Shown here: in pieces, positions 17,913-25,872 of the stretch
How the letters are laid out: every line of letters starts with the position of its first letter
Numbering within the stretch: the first letter of the stretch is position 1
Source: Candidatus Peregrinibacteria bacterium CG11_big_fil_rev_8_21_14_0_20_46_8
Lineage (GTDB): Bacteria; Patescibacteriota; Gracilibacteria; UBA1369; UM-FILTER-53-11
Reading direction: 5' to 3'
Assembly: GCA_002796025.1 (NCBI GenBank)
Contig: PCVQ01000004.1
Location: 1 to 33,303 of the forward strand
DNA length: 33,303 nt
Made by a program: the position numbers and the translations under genes
Notes under the pieces: model-generated
What the model was told of the DNA's origin: nothing
The model's input: only the letters and a program-made list of their open reading frames with translations
Database searches by the model: none

Positions 17913-18590
17913 TTATCTTTTTTCAACAAATTTTTCTTTGGAAAATTTCTTGGCAGCTAGGATTTTTTGTTGCGCCTTGCCAAAGGGGCAGTAGTCGAGC
18001 AATGGACACTCACTGCAGCGCGGTTTCGGCTTACAGATTTTGCGTCCATGGGAGATCATTTGAATGTGTGTGGAAATCCAATATTTTTTATCAATTGCAC
18101 GGCGCAAATCTAAATCGGCTTTGTCGGCTGTCGTTGCCCTTGTTAGGTCTAAGCGCAGCGCAACACGGTGTACATGGCGGTCCACAGGAAAGGCCGGCAC
18201 ACCAAATGCTTGTGTCAAAACTACGCTCGCGGTTTTACGTCCAACGCCGGGCAGTTTTTGCAGCGATTCTAAATTGTTCGGTACCTCGCCGCCATATTCT
18301 TCTAAAATTGCGTGCGCAGCTCCCAGCAAACTTTTAGTTTTTGCATTAAAAAATCCGGTAGTACGAATTAGTGCCATAACTTTGCGCGGTCCGAGGGCAA
18401 GTAGTTGTTCCGGTGTGCCCCCCACTTTGAATAACTCTTTGGTAACAATATTAACGCGCTCATCAGTACACTGTGCCGATAAAATCGTCGCAACGAGTAG
18501 CTGAAAAGGTGTCTCAAAATTTAAAAAAGGTCGGGGATTTGGATACTCTCTGTTGAGAATTCCTATGATTTTTGTTGTGCGCGCGTCCAC
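17913..18590 (-). CDS. nth: Endonuclease III
   Basis: LLVATILSAQCTD, LPGVGRKTA, PVDRHV, C-terminal 4Fe-4S Cys cluster. Confidence 0.97.
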   Translation of the reverse strand: MDARTTKIIGILNREYPNPRPFLNFETPFQLLVATILSAQCTDERVNIVTKELFKVGGTPEQLLALGPRKVMALIRTTGFFNAKTKSLLGAAHAILEEYGGEVPNNLESLQKLPGVGRKTASVVLTQAFGVPAFPVDRHVHRVALRLDLTRATTADKADLDLRRAIDKKYWISTHIQMISHGRKICKPKPRCSECPLLDYCPFGKAQQKILAAKKFSKEKFVEKR

Positions 18591-18608
18591 GGACGCATTA
18601 TAGCGGAG

Positions 18609-19181
18609 TTATGCTGCTCGTGCTTCCGGTCCGGCATCGGTTTCTTTTTCTACACGTGCAGCTCGTATTTCTGTTTTTAACTCTTCATTCACTACTGCAA
18701 ATGCATCGCCGGCTTGGAATGCCGCATCGAGAAGAGGCTTTATTGCACGTACTTCCGGATCCAGCATCGCAGCTATCTTTACTAACCACTGTGCTGCATC
18801 ACTTCTTTCTTTGTCCATTTTTTGTATCTCTTCATCACTTACATTTTTAAGATCAAGAATTCCTACGCGTACAAGCTGTTGAATTTGATTTGAACCAGTA
18901 TATACGCCGCGCTGTACAATTCCTGGGATTTTTTCCCAAACTGTCCGTGTTGGTCCCATTGCTTTGTCTAGCAGTTTCCATAATCCGGCATAGAGCGGCC
19001 AGATGCTTTCATGTTGAATAATCTCGCGCGGTAATGCGGTCAGTTTTTGCGCTTCCTCTTTTTCGAGTGTTTCGCCGCCTTGTATTTTTTTTAGCAGCTC
19101 AGCGTATTGTAAAGTTTCCTTCGTTTCGTCCTGTTCGCCTAGATTTTCCGAAGGAGCCTGCTCAATTGATTCATTGTGCAT
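18609..19181 (-). CDS. Hypothetical protein
   Basis: Open frame; start likely MHNES (19181), 6 nt after TGcTACTCT. Confidence 0.75.
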   Translation of the reverse strand: MHNESIEQAPSENLGEQDETKETLQYAELLKKIQGGETLEKEEAQKLTALPREIIQHESIWPLYAGLWKLLDKAMGPTRTVWEKIPGIVQRGVYTGSNQIQQLVRVGILDLKNVSDEEIQKMDKERSDAAQWLVKIAAMLDPEVRAIKPLLDAAFQAGDAFAVVNEELKTEIRAARVEKETDAGPEARAA

Positions 19182-19289
19182 ATCTGAAGAGTAGCACAAA
19201 TTTTGCTGTATTTGGAGCTTTTCGTAAGTTCTAGGCAAACTCTGCGTTTGTATCTCCGGTACGTCCACTATTTCTTAATTTTTCTCATT

Positions 19290-19697
19290 ATGATAGGAAA
19301 ATTCACCGCTTTTATAGCTGTCACCATCATGTTTGCAGGTGCCGCATATCCAGCAATCGCAGACTCTCTTCATAGAAATGCGGTAACGGTATCTACCGTG
19401 CCGGAGGTTTCAAGATCAAATACAGAGCAAACTGCCTCACCAGCTGCACCGACTACGCCAAATACTTCAACCGAGCCAGCTTCTCCACCAAGCCAGACGG
19501 TATCACCGGCTCCAAATCAAAATTCACCAACTTCAAGTACAGCTGGAAACAGCAATACCAATTTAAATACAGCAACGCAAAGCGGTACACAGGTAAACGG
19601 TAATACTCCTATTACACGCGCACCTCAAAATAACTTCCCAAGTACCTCTGCAACCGATTATAGATCACAATTTTTACTTGAGAACAGAGTTCAATAA
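19290..19697 (+). CDS. Secreted Ser/Thr/Pro/Asn-rich low-complexity protein
   Basis: Signal peptide MIGKFTAFIAVTIMFAGAAYPAIA followed by a disordered-looking body. Confidence 0.75.
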   Translation: MIGKFTAFIAVTIMFAGAAYPAIADSLHRNAVTVSTVPEVSRSNTEQTASPAAPTTPNTSTEPASPPSQTVSPAPNQNSPTSSTAGNSNTNLNTATQSGTQVNGNTPITRAPQNNFPSTSATDYRSQFLLENRVQ

Positions 19698-19768
19698 GCA
19701 TTTTGTAAGTTTTTCATATTGTCATCGTTTCAACAATCGGTGTCAGAGATGGCACCTAACATATCGAA

Positions 19769-19808
19769 GAGAGGGGGGTCACCACGTTGGGGAGGTGGCC
19801 CCCTTTTC
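19769..19808 (+). terminator. Intrinsic terminator
   Basis: GGGGGTCACC...GGTGGCCCCC-TTTT. Confidence 0.7.
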
Positions 19809-19901
19809 ATATGTGCAATTTTATGGGGGATTTGCTCTTAAAAGATTATTTTGTTAGGCTTCACCTTAGTGTGTGTTTTTATTTTTTTAACCCCCATATT
19901 T

Positions 19902-20105
19902 ATGTTTGACGATCAAAATGCTGCTATGGGCGGTGACAATGCCGGCCAGCAAGACGCAGGTGCTATGCCAGCAGGTGAAGGTGAAAACCAAGAAGGTCAA
20001 CACCAGGGCGGTGAGCATTCCGAAGGCGAATCTCAAAGCCATGAAGGCGGTGAGGCTGCCGGTGGAGATTCAGCTCCAGCTGCGGGAGGAGAAGGAGGCA
20101 TGTAA
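19902..20105 (+). CDS. Small acidic Gly/Glu/Ala/Gln-rich disordered protein (67 aa)
   Basis: MFDDQNAAMGGD...GGEGGM; TAACCCCC motif upstream and terminator downstream. Confidence 0.7.
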   Translation: MFDDQNAAMGGDNAGQQDAGAMPAGEGENQEGQHQGGEHSEGESQSHEGGEAAGGDSAPAAGGEGGM

Positions 20106-20122
20106 TTTTGCCAAATCTCGAT

Positions 20123-20153
20123 AAAAAAGAGCGCTCATTGAGTGCTCTTTTTT
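20123..20153 (+). terminator. Bidirectional intrinsic terminator
   Basis: A6-GAGCGCTCA-T-TGAGTGCTC-T6 inverted repeat. Confidence 0.75.
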
Positions 20154-20241
20154 AGCAAAATATGCAACATAGAGCACAAATATCAATGGAGATTTAATAT
20201 TGCACATCAATCCTTCTTCGTTTGGGCGTCATAAATAAGTT

Positions 20242-20781
20242 ATGGCATACCATTATCAAGAATTGAGCAGATCTATAATTATAGCTGCCAAAAAAGGCAG
20301 TAGAGATGATTTTAATAGGATCGTGGAAAGATACCAGCGGCCGATCTATGGTTTTGTGAATAAAATGACGCATAGTCCCACGGAAACTGAAGATCTCACC
20401 CAAGAGATTTTTCTAAAATTATATCTTAATATTAAAAAATATGACCCGGAGAGGAGATTTTCGAGTTGGTTATTTACAATAGCCAGGAGAATTGTAATCG
20501 ATTATTTTCGAAAAAAAGGCCGTAATAAAGAGCTTTTTATTATCGATGATCCAGAAAATTATTTTGAACCTTCTATAGATCCTCCCAATATGGGGGATAA
20601 AATCGATATTCAGGAGGCTTTTTTGAATCTGAAACCACGATATCAGCGGGTACTTTTTTTAAGGTATTGGAAAGGAGAGAGCTACAGGAGTATTTCTCGA
20701 AAATCACATTTAAGTTTAAATACGGTAAAAACTTATATACGTCGCGGTAAAAAAGAATTGCGCAGAAAACTCCCGGATTAA
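20242..20781 (+). CDS. ECF RNA polymerase sigma factor (SigW-like)
   Basis: Region 2 EDLTQEIFLK...FSSWLFTIARR..IDYFRK; region 4 L.LNTVKTYIRRGK. Confidence 0.95.
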   Translation: MAYHYQELSRSIIIAAKKGSRDDFNRIVERYQRPIYGFVNKMTHSPTETEDLTQEIFLKLYLNIKKYDPERRFSSWLFTIARRIVIDYFRKKGRNKELFIIDDPENYFEPSIDPPNMGDKIDIQEAFLNLKPRYQRVLFLRYWKGESYRSISRKSHLSLNTVKTYIRRGKKELRRKLPD

Positions 20782-20789
20782 AATTACAT

Positions 20790-20816
20790 TGAAACTTCCG
20801 GCAGTTCGCTGGCGTA
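20790..20816 (+). promoter_or_regulatory. Putative ECF-sigma promoter for the repeat-protein gene
   Basis: TGAAAC-N17-CGTA, resembling the Bacillus SigW/SigM/SigX AAC/CGT consensus. Confidence 0.6.
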
Positions 20817-20878
20817 TGTTAATAGTGCGAAGGTCGACCTCGCTCCCCAATATACATATACCTTAACTTCCAAATATT

Positions 20879-21808
20879 ATGAATACTACACAGAACATAA
20901 TCGGCGGAGTTGGCAGAAAATTTTTGTCAATCATTGCTATTTCAGCAATGCTCTTGTTTGCAGGAGCAATGAAAATTGCAAGTGCAGAAACAGATGTTAA
21001 TAGTGTCAATGAAAATAATATTAATGCTGAGACGAATAGTAGCGCAACCAGTGGCACCACCAATGGTACAACCAATGGCACGGTTGATGATACTACTGAT
21101 GATACCGAGTCTACCGAGACGGATAGCACGAATACTGATACTAACACCAATAACACCACTACGACCAATGGCAATAATCGCATCAATTTAGGAACAAATA
21201 GTGATAATAATTCTCAAAATATCGAAGAACTCTTTGTTTTAAAGGCGCTGTTTGATGATGAAAACGGCACGGTGAATAATACCAACATTGAAGATCTGTT
21301 TGTTTTGAAACAATTATTTGATGAGAATGGGAATGGAGGAGTTTTGAATAATGGAGGAGATAATCTAGAAGATCTTTTTGTGATTAAGGCACTGTTTGAT
21401 GATCAAAATGGAGACGGCATTTTAAACGGGAATGATAATCTAACAGATCTCATTGTGCTTCAAGCGCTATTTGATGATGATGAAAATGGAACTGGAACTG
21501 GAATCTTTAATGGAGACGATAGTAATTTAGAAGATCTTTTCATCTTATCAATTATTGATGATGACGATGGTACCGGTGACAGTGATTTAGTCGATCTTTT
21601 CGTCATCACAAAGCTGTTTGATGATGAAAATGGAACCGGAAGTGGAAATGGTCTCTTCAGTGGAGACGACAATCTAGAGGATCTTTTCATTTTGACTATC
21701 CTTGATGATGACGATGATAACGGTGGTACTGATTTAGTAGATCTTTTCGTCATTCGAGAGCTTTTCAATGATGATGAAGAGAACAATATCAATAATCTCT
21801 TAAACTAA
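20879..21808 (+). CDS. Secreted acidic protein with Thr/Asn linker and 8 DLF(V/I)LxxLFDDENG repeats
   Basis: Signal peptide ending ASA; T/N/D-rich linker; tandem helix + acidic/Gly loop units. Confidence 0.88.
   Translation: MNTTQNIIGGVGRKFLSIIAISAMLLFAGAMKIASAETDVNSVNENNINAETNSSATSGTTNGTTNGTVDDTTDDTESTETDSTNTDTNTNNTTTTNGNNRINLGTNSDNNSQNIEELFVLKALFDDENGTVNNTNIEDLFVLKQLFDENGNGGVLNNGGDNLEDLFVIKALFDDQNGDGILNGNDNLTDLIVLQALFDDDENGTGTGIFNGDDSNLEDLFILSIIDDDDGTGDSDLVDLFVITKLFDDENGTGSGNGLFSGDDNLEDLFILTILDDDDDNGGTDLVDLFVIRELFNDDEENNINNLLN
21218..21780 (+). repeat. Eight degenerate intragenic tandem repeats
   Basis: Recurring gaagatct(t/g)ttt...tttgatgat...aatgg; last four units look like a two-unit duplication. 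Confidence 0.85.
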
Positions 21809-21858
21809 TTCTAATTTCTAACCTGCCAAATCCCTGTGCGAATACAAATACGCCCACA

Positions 21859-23037
21859 CTAACGAAGAACAGTCATCTTTGAATGACTGTTCTTCGCTTT
21901 TTTAGTATGAACTTCTTCAGGCACAACTACTATTACTTTTAACCCCTGTTTATTCAGCTCATTAACCAATCCTTCTTCGTGACCAGCACCGAATTGAAGC
22001 ATCCCGATGGTCTGATTTTGGTTGCGTAGCGCTGTAGCAAAGTTTTCTGCAGTTTCACGGTTCCTTTGATCAATTACTACCTCTTGAATTTTTTCTTTAC
22101 TGCGCTTTTCGAGTCCTTGTAATGTTTGTGTATCATCAATATCTGCAAACGGATTTTTTGTTCTGGACACAGTAGTTTTTTTATTCGTCTTCACTTCATT
22201 TTCTGCCTTCATCAATCGTGATGCCTCCGCTACTGCATCTTGAAACTCGCCAATTTGGCGGTACGCTTTATTATTCTTCTGTTCTTTTGCCATTATCTCT
22301 AGATCGTCGAGATCAGTGTCATTTTTTTTCTCTTTTTCATCATCTCTCGCATCCCGCAACTTTTTAAGCATTTCAAGCTTGAGCGCGAGTCCTTTGTTGT
22401 TGGATTTTTTTGGTTTGAGGCGATCTTTAATATAAATATATTCTCGTACAATTTTTGCACTTTCTTCACGAGTTTCTAAATTTTCTGCTCCAACCAATTT
22501 TACATCACTGTGTTGGCTCCAAACTGTATACGGTGCTCCTTTCAGCCAAATTTGTCTCTCTACATTGTGAATTGCTTTTTCAATTTTATTAAACAGCTCG
22601 CTTTGTGCCTCGCGGTCGACCGGGTTCGTTTCTAAAACTGCTTCCAGTCTTTCGTACTCTTGCTGCAAGAGCTCAAGTGCTTTTAATTCATTTTGTACGT
22701 CGTGACGCTCGCGCTGTTCGACATCTCCTGTTAACTCGCCTTCGACCATAATGAGATTGATGTCTTTTTCATCTACAAGATAATTCATGATTTCATACGT
22801 CTCTCTTTGAGTTCGCTCCGCCTTATCGTTTACATTGTCGCCGTTTTTACTTCCGGGTGCTTTATGATATTGAGGAAAATAAATTACCGTGCCCCAATTT
22901 TCACCAGGCGCTTCGCTTGTGTACGTTGTTCCGATGGGAAGTTGATTTTTGTTATTTGCTTGAGCAAAAGTTTGGTGTGTCATTAGCAGCATGGCTGCTA
23001 TAAGACCGCTACTAACTATTTTTTGAATGATTTGCAT
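21859..23037 (-). CDS. Secreted TraB/GumN/Tiki-superfamily-like metallo-hydrolase with coiled-coil inserts
   Basis: Signal peptide (MQIIQK...TFA); VIYFPQYH, IMVEG, VGAEN, QRN and QFGAGH motifs in the order typical of the fold. Confidence 0.6.
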   Translation of the reverse strand: MQIIQKIVSSGLIAAMLLMTHQTFAQANNKNQLPIGTTYTSEAPGENWGTVIYFPQYHKAPGSKNGDNVNDKAERTQRETYEIMNYLVDEKDINLIMVEGELTGDVEQRERHDVQNELKALELLQQEYERLEAVLETNPVDREAQSELFNKIEKAIHNVERQIWLKGAPYTVWSQHSDVKLVGAENLETREESAKIVREYIYIKDRLKPKKSNNKGLALKLEMLKKLRDARDDEKEKKNDTDLDDLEIMAKEQKNNKAYRQIGEFQDAVAEASRLMKAENEVKTNKKTTVSRTKNPFADIDDTQTLQGLEKRSKEKIQEVVIDQRNRETAENFATALRNQNQTIGMLQFGAGHEEGLVNELNKQGLKVIVVVPEEVHTKKAKNSHSKMTVLR

Positions 23038-23258
23038 GTAATAGAGGTTAGTAAAATAGACACGGTCGCCCATCATAGTTGCTGGCGAACAGCATGCAAG
23101 GACAAATAAATTTCGTGTAGCAACAACAACCTGAAAACGCCTAGAACATAGGCAAATATCACATTGACGCAATGTGAGACTCTTGTTTTATTGGCTGTAA
23201 AAATCTGCACTTGTTGCAGCTTTGCCCGTCACGGCAAGCTGGTGTACTCTTCCAGAAA

Positions 23259-24536
23259 ATGAAAAGTAAATTGCTCGATCTTATTCCAAGCCGCGAATCG
23301 CTCTCTCGTGTTGCGGAAAATATGCCTTTGCCCGAACGCGAGAAGCGCCCCCTCGTTGTCGCTTTTTACCTTACATTTGATTGCAATGCGCGCTGTAAAT
23401 TTTGCAGCCAGGCGAAATATGTATATGGAGAAGCAAAGGGTAATTATGCACATGTTCGCCGCGATATCGAGCGCGCTAAAGAGATTTTGCGTGTTATTCG
23501 GCGCGATGTTCCGAATATTTATTTTGAAGGTGGTGAGCCCACAATTTATCCAGGTTTTGAAGAAATTTTGGCGGAGTGCAAGAGCCTAGAATTTGAAACA
23601 ATCGCCGTAAATACTAATGCAATCAAATTTTCTCCGGCGGTTTTGGAATACGCGGATCTCCTTGTAGTCAGTATGCATTCCGATGATCCGCGCAAAGTCG
23701 TTGAGATTTATGAAATCGCCGGGGGCATAGAGAGAGGCGCGGAAATTATCGATAACATCGCGCGGTACAACAATATGCGCGATAAGAAAAAGACGCGCAT
23801 GGTCATAAATTGCGTTGCTACTGCAGAGAACCTTACAGACATTGCCGAAGTTGCAAGTTTTGCGCAGAATCTTGGAGTTCAATTTAATTTGGCGCCTTCA
23901 ATTCAGCCCGACGGTACTCCGGATCCCGCATTAATAGACAATCCCGATTATCAGCTTTTTGTCGATTGGATGATGAGGCAGGGAATGTTTGTTGCAGCGA
24001 GCCAAAATTATTTGCGCACTATTCGAAATTTTGAACCTTTTATTTGTGCGCCGCACTTGGTGCCCGGGGTACATCCGGACGGCCGCATGATTGTACCGTG
24101 TCCAAATTTGCCCGAGGCACCTGAAATGGTGAATATTTTGGAAGCTGGTGGAGTCATTGAGGGGTTGCGCATAGGCCGTGAAAAATTTGAAGCACAGCAT
24201 GGAATTTTAGACACAGCCCGCCGCTGTGCGGACAGGTGTCATAAAATGTGTTTTGTAGATACAAGCGGAACGAGCTCCATTGCGGGGATTATGACTATGG
24301 TTCAAGAAGGTGTACGCGGCTTCCGCCGCCAATTAGCGGTAAAAGATAAAATCTCCAATCGCGCACCGCCTCATCTTCGGTCTCACTCCGCATGTTTATG
24401 CGATCCCTATTACGACAAATTTGCACCTTGGATGCCGGAAGGTACCGAGGCATGGTTAAATCGCCGCAATCACTGCCCTGCCGATACTCAGCAAAAAACA
24501 TCAGGACATCCAGCATTGCGGGTTATTGAAGAGTAA
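23259..24536 (+). CDS. Radical SAM protein with SPASM/twitch-like C-terminal Cys region
   Basis: CNARCKFC, GGEP, NTNA; C..PHL..GVHPDG...PC and CADRCHKMC; start MKSKL 8 nt after TACTCT. Confidence 0.92.
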   Translation: MKSKLLDLIPSRESLSRVAENMPLPEREKRPLVVAFYLTFDCNARCKFCSQAKYVYGEAKGNYAHVRRDIERAKEILRVIRRDVPNIYFEGGEPTIYPGFEEILAECKSLEFETIAVNTNAIKFSPAVLEYADLLVVSMHSDDPRKVVEIYEIAGGIERGAEIIDNIARYNNMRDKKKTRMVINCVATAENLTDIAEVASFAQNLGVQFNLAPSIQPDGTPDPALIDNPDYQLFVDWMMRQGMFVAASQNYLRTIRNFEPFICAPHLVPGVHPDGRMIVPCPNLPEAPEMVNILEAGGVIEGLRIGREKFEAQHGILDTARRCADRCHKMCFVDTSGTSSIAGIMTMVQEGVRGFRRQLAVKDKISNRAPPHLRSHSACLCDPYYDKFAPWMPEGTEAWLNRRNHCPADTQQKTSGHPALRVIEE

Positions 24537-24597
24537 TAATGGTGCAATTCTTTTTTGTGATGAAACGTCTCTCAATTATCACTTAAAAGAATTCATT

Positions 24598-25011
24598 ATG
24601 ACAAAACAAGTTTCGAGTATAGAAAGTTCTTACCAAAAAACTTTAGATTTGTTTCATGCTATAGAAAGGAAAACAGGCTGGAAAGAAAACCACGAAGTAA
24701 CGTACAAAGCACTGCGAGCAGTGTTGCACGCTTTGCGGGATCGTATGATACCCGACGAAGCGGTTCAATTTGGTTCACAACTGCCTTTAATTGTCCGTGG
24801 TATGTACTATGAAGGATGGAAGCCGAGTAAAACGCCTCAAAAAATGAGCAAGGATGAATTTATTCAAAGGATCCAGGGCGAAACATATATTGCCCAGCCA
24901 AATCCTGAGGAGATGGTGAAACATATTCTGGAAGGCATCGATGAATTCATGGCCCCAGGAACTGTTGAAAAAATCAAAAATACTTTGCCCAAGGATTTTT
25001 GGGTGCTTTGA
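24598..25011 (+). CDS. DUF2267 family protein
   Basis: YKALRAVLHALRDRM..DEAVQFGSQLPLIVRGMYYEGW. Confidence 0.9.
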   Translation: MTKQVSSIESSYQKTLDLFHAIERKTGWKENHEVTYKALRAVLHALRDRMIPDEAVQFGSQLPLIVRGMYYEGWKPSKTPQKMSKDEFIQRIQGETYIAQPNPEEMVKHILEGIDEFMAPGTVEKIKNTLPKDFWVL

Positions 25012-25024
25012 TTTGGGTGTTATC

Positions 25025-25099
25025 TGGAGCGAGTAAGGGGAATCGAACCCCTGTCCCCACCATGGCAAGGTGGTGTAATAGCCACTATACGATACTCGC
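25025..25099 (-). tRNA. tRNA-Gly(GCC)
   Basis: GCGAGTATCGTATAGTGGCTATTACACCACCTT-GCC-ATGGTGGGGACAGGGGTTCGATTCCCCTTACTCGCTCCA. Confidence 0.97.
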
Positions 25100-25173
25100 G
25101 AAAGCAGGGGGAAATATAACATAGACTGCAAAAAACTCAACTTTTTTTAAGGTTGGGAATTCTAAAAGATGCG

Positions 25174-25202
25174 TTGCATCTCGAGAATATCTCTTATACA
25201 CT
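25174..25202 (+). promoter_or_regulatory. Sigma70-type promoter for tRNA-Phe
   Basis: TTGCAT-17 nt-TACACT. Confidence 0.55.
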
Positions 25203-25227
25203 GCCTCAGGTTCTTACTGACTGCTAC

Positions 25228-25302
25228 GCCAGGGTAGCTCAGTGGTAGAGCATGCGACTGAAAATCGCAGTGTCGGCAGTTCAATTCTGCCCCCTGGCAC
25301 CA
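25228..25302 (+). tRNA. tRNA-Phe(GAA)
   Basis: GCCAGGGTAGCTCAGTGGTAGAGCATGCGACT-GAA-AATCGCAGTGTCGGCAGTTCAATTCTGCCCCCTGGCACCA. Confidence 0.97.
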
Positions 25303-25368
25303 AAAGCTGGTTATAAAGGAGGTATTCCGGTTAAGGCTGAATAAAGCACATACCAAACCACGCTTTTT

Positions 25369-25394
25369 TGAAAGTTAACCTGAACATTGACGTC
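25369..25394 (+). promoter_or_regulatory. Putative ECF-sigma promoter for the secreted helical protein pair
   Basis: TGAAAG-N16-CGTC. Confidence 0.45.
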
Positions 25395-25449
25395 TTCTTT
25401 GTAAGAAGCGCGTGTTTCTTGAATCTCATATTTTTTAACCCCCAGTGTT

Positions 25450-25833
25450 ATGAAAACACTCAAACAATTTTTCGCGGCACTATTGGTCTCGGGGGTTATC
25501 TTCGCACCCATGAGCAGTGTATCTGCTCAAGAGAATACTACGAAGTTACCTCCAGAAGATATCGCCTGTTTTAGTGCGGCGATTGAGGCGCGGTCGAGTG
25601 CTTTAATCGATGCTCTTGATGAATGGCAAGGCGATGTAAAGGTCGCAATTATGGAACGAAACGATGGCATTATCGAGTCATTAGCGCTTGAGCGCGATGC
25701 CCGCTTTGATGCACGCCGTAACGTTTTTGTTGCGTATACGGAACAAGTCCGTTTGCTTGATGCGCGATATGAGCAAATGCGCAATAACGCTTTTGCCAAT
25801 TATCGCAGTGCAGTCAATGACTGCCGTTCATAA
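25450..25833 (+). CDS. Secreted helical protein with two Cys (C40, C125)
   Basis: Signal peptide ending VSA-Q; amphipathic helical body. Confidence 0.85.
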   Translation: MKTLKQFFAALLVSGVIFAPMSSVSAQENTTKLPPEDIACFSAAIEARSSALIDALDEWQGDVKVAIMERNDGIIESLALERDARFDARRNVFVAYTEQVRLLDARYEQMRNNAFANYRSAVNDCRS

Positions 25834-25872
25834 GCGTTTCTTTTGCTGTTTATTTTTTAACCCTCATTTTAT

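Noticed and set aside
21218..21780. Possible CRISPR or DGR repeat pair
   Set aside because: Variation is codon-wise within an ORF, not adenine-specific; no reverse transcriptase or cas gene
23040..23180. Riboswitch in the leader of the Tiki-like gene
   Set aside because: Only short hairpins (e.g. TCACATTG-acg-CAATGTGA); no recognisable aptamer consensus
19200..25302. tRNA-anchored integrative island
   Set aside because: No integrase, and no duplicated tRNA 3' end (att site) was found by eye
25316..25323. Perfect AAGGAGGT SD-like sequence after tRNA-Phe
   Set aside because: No start codon at a suitable distance; lies in the tRNA trailer hairpin
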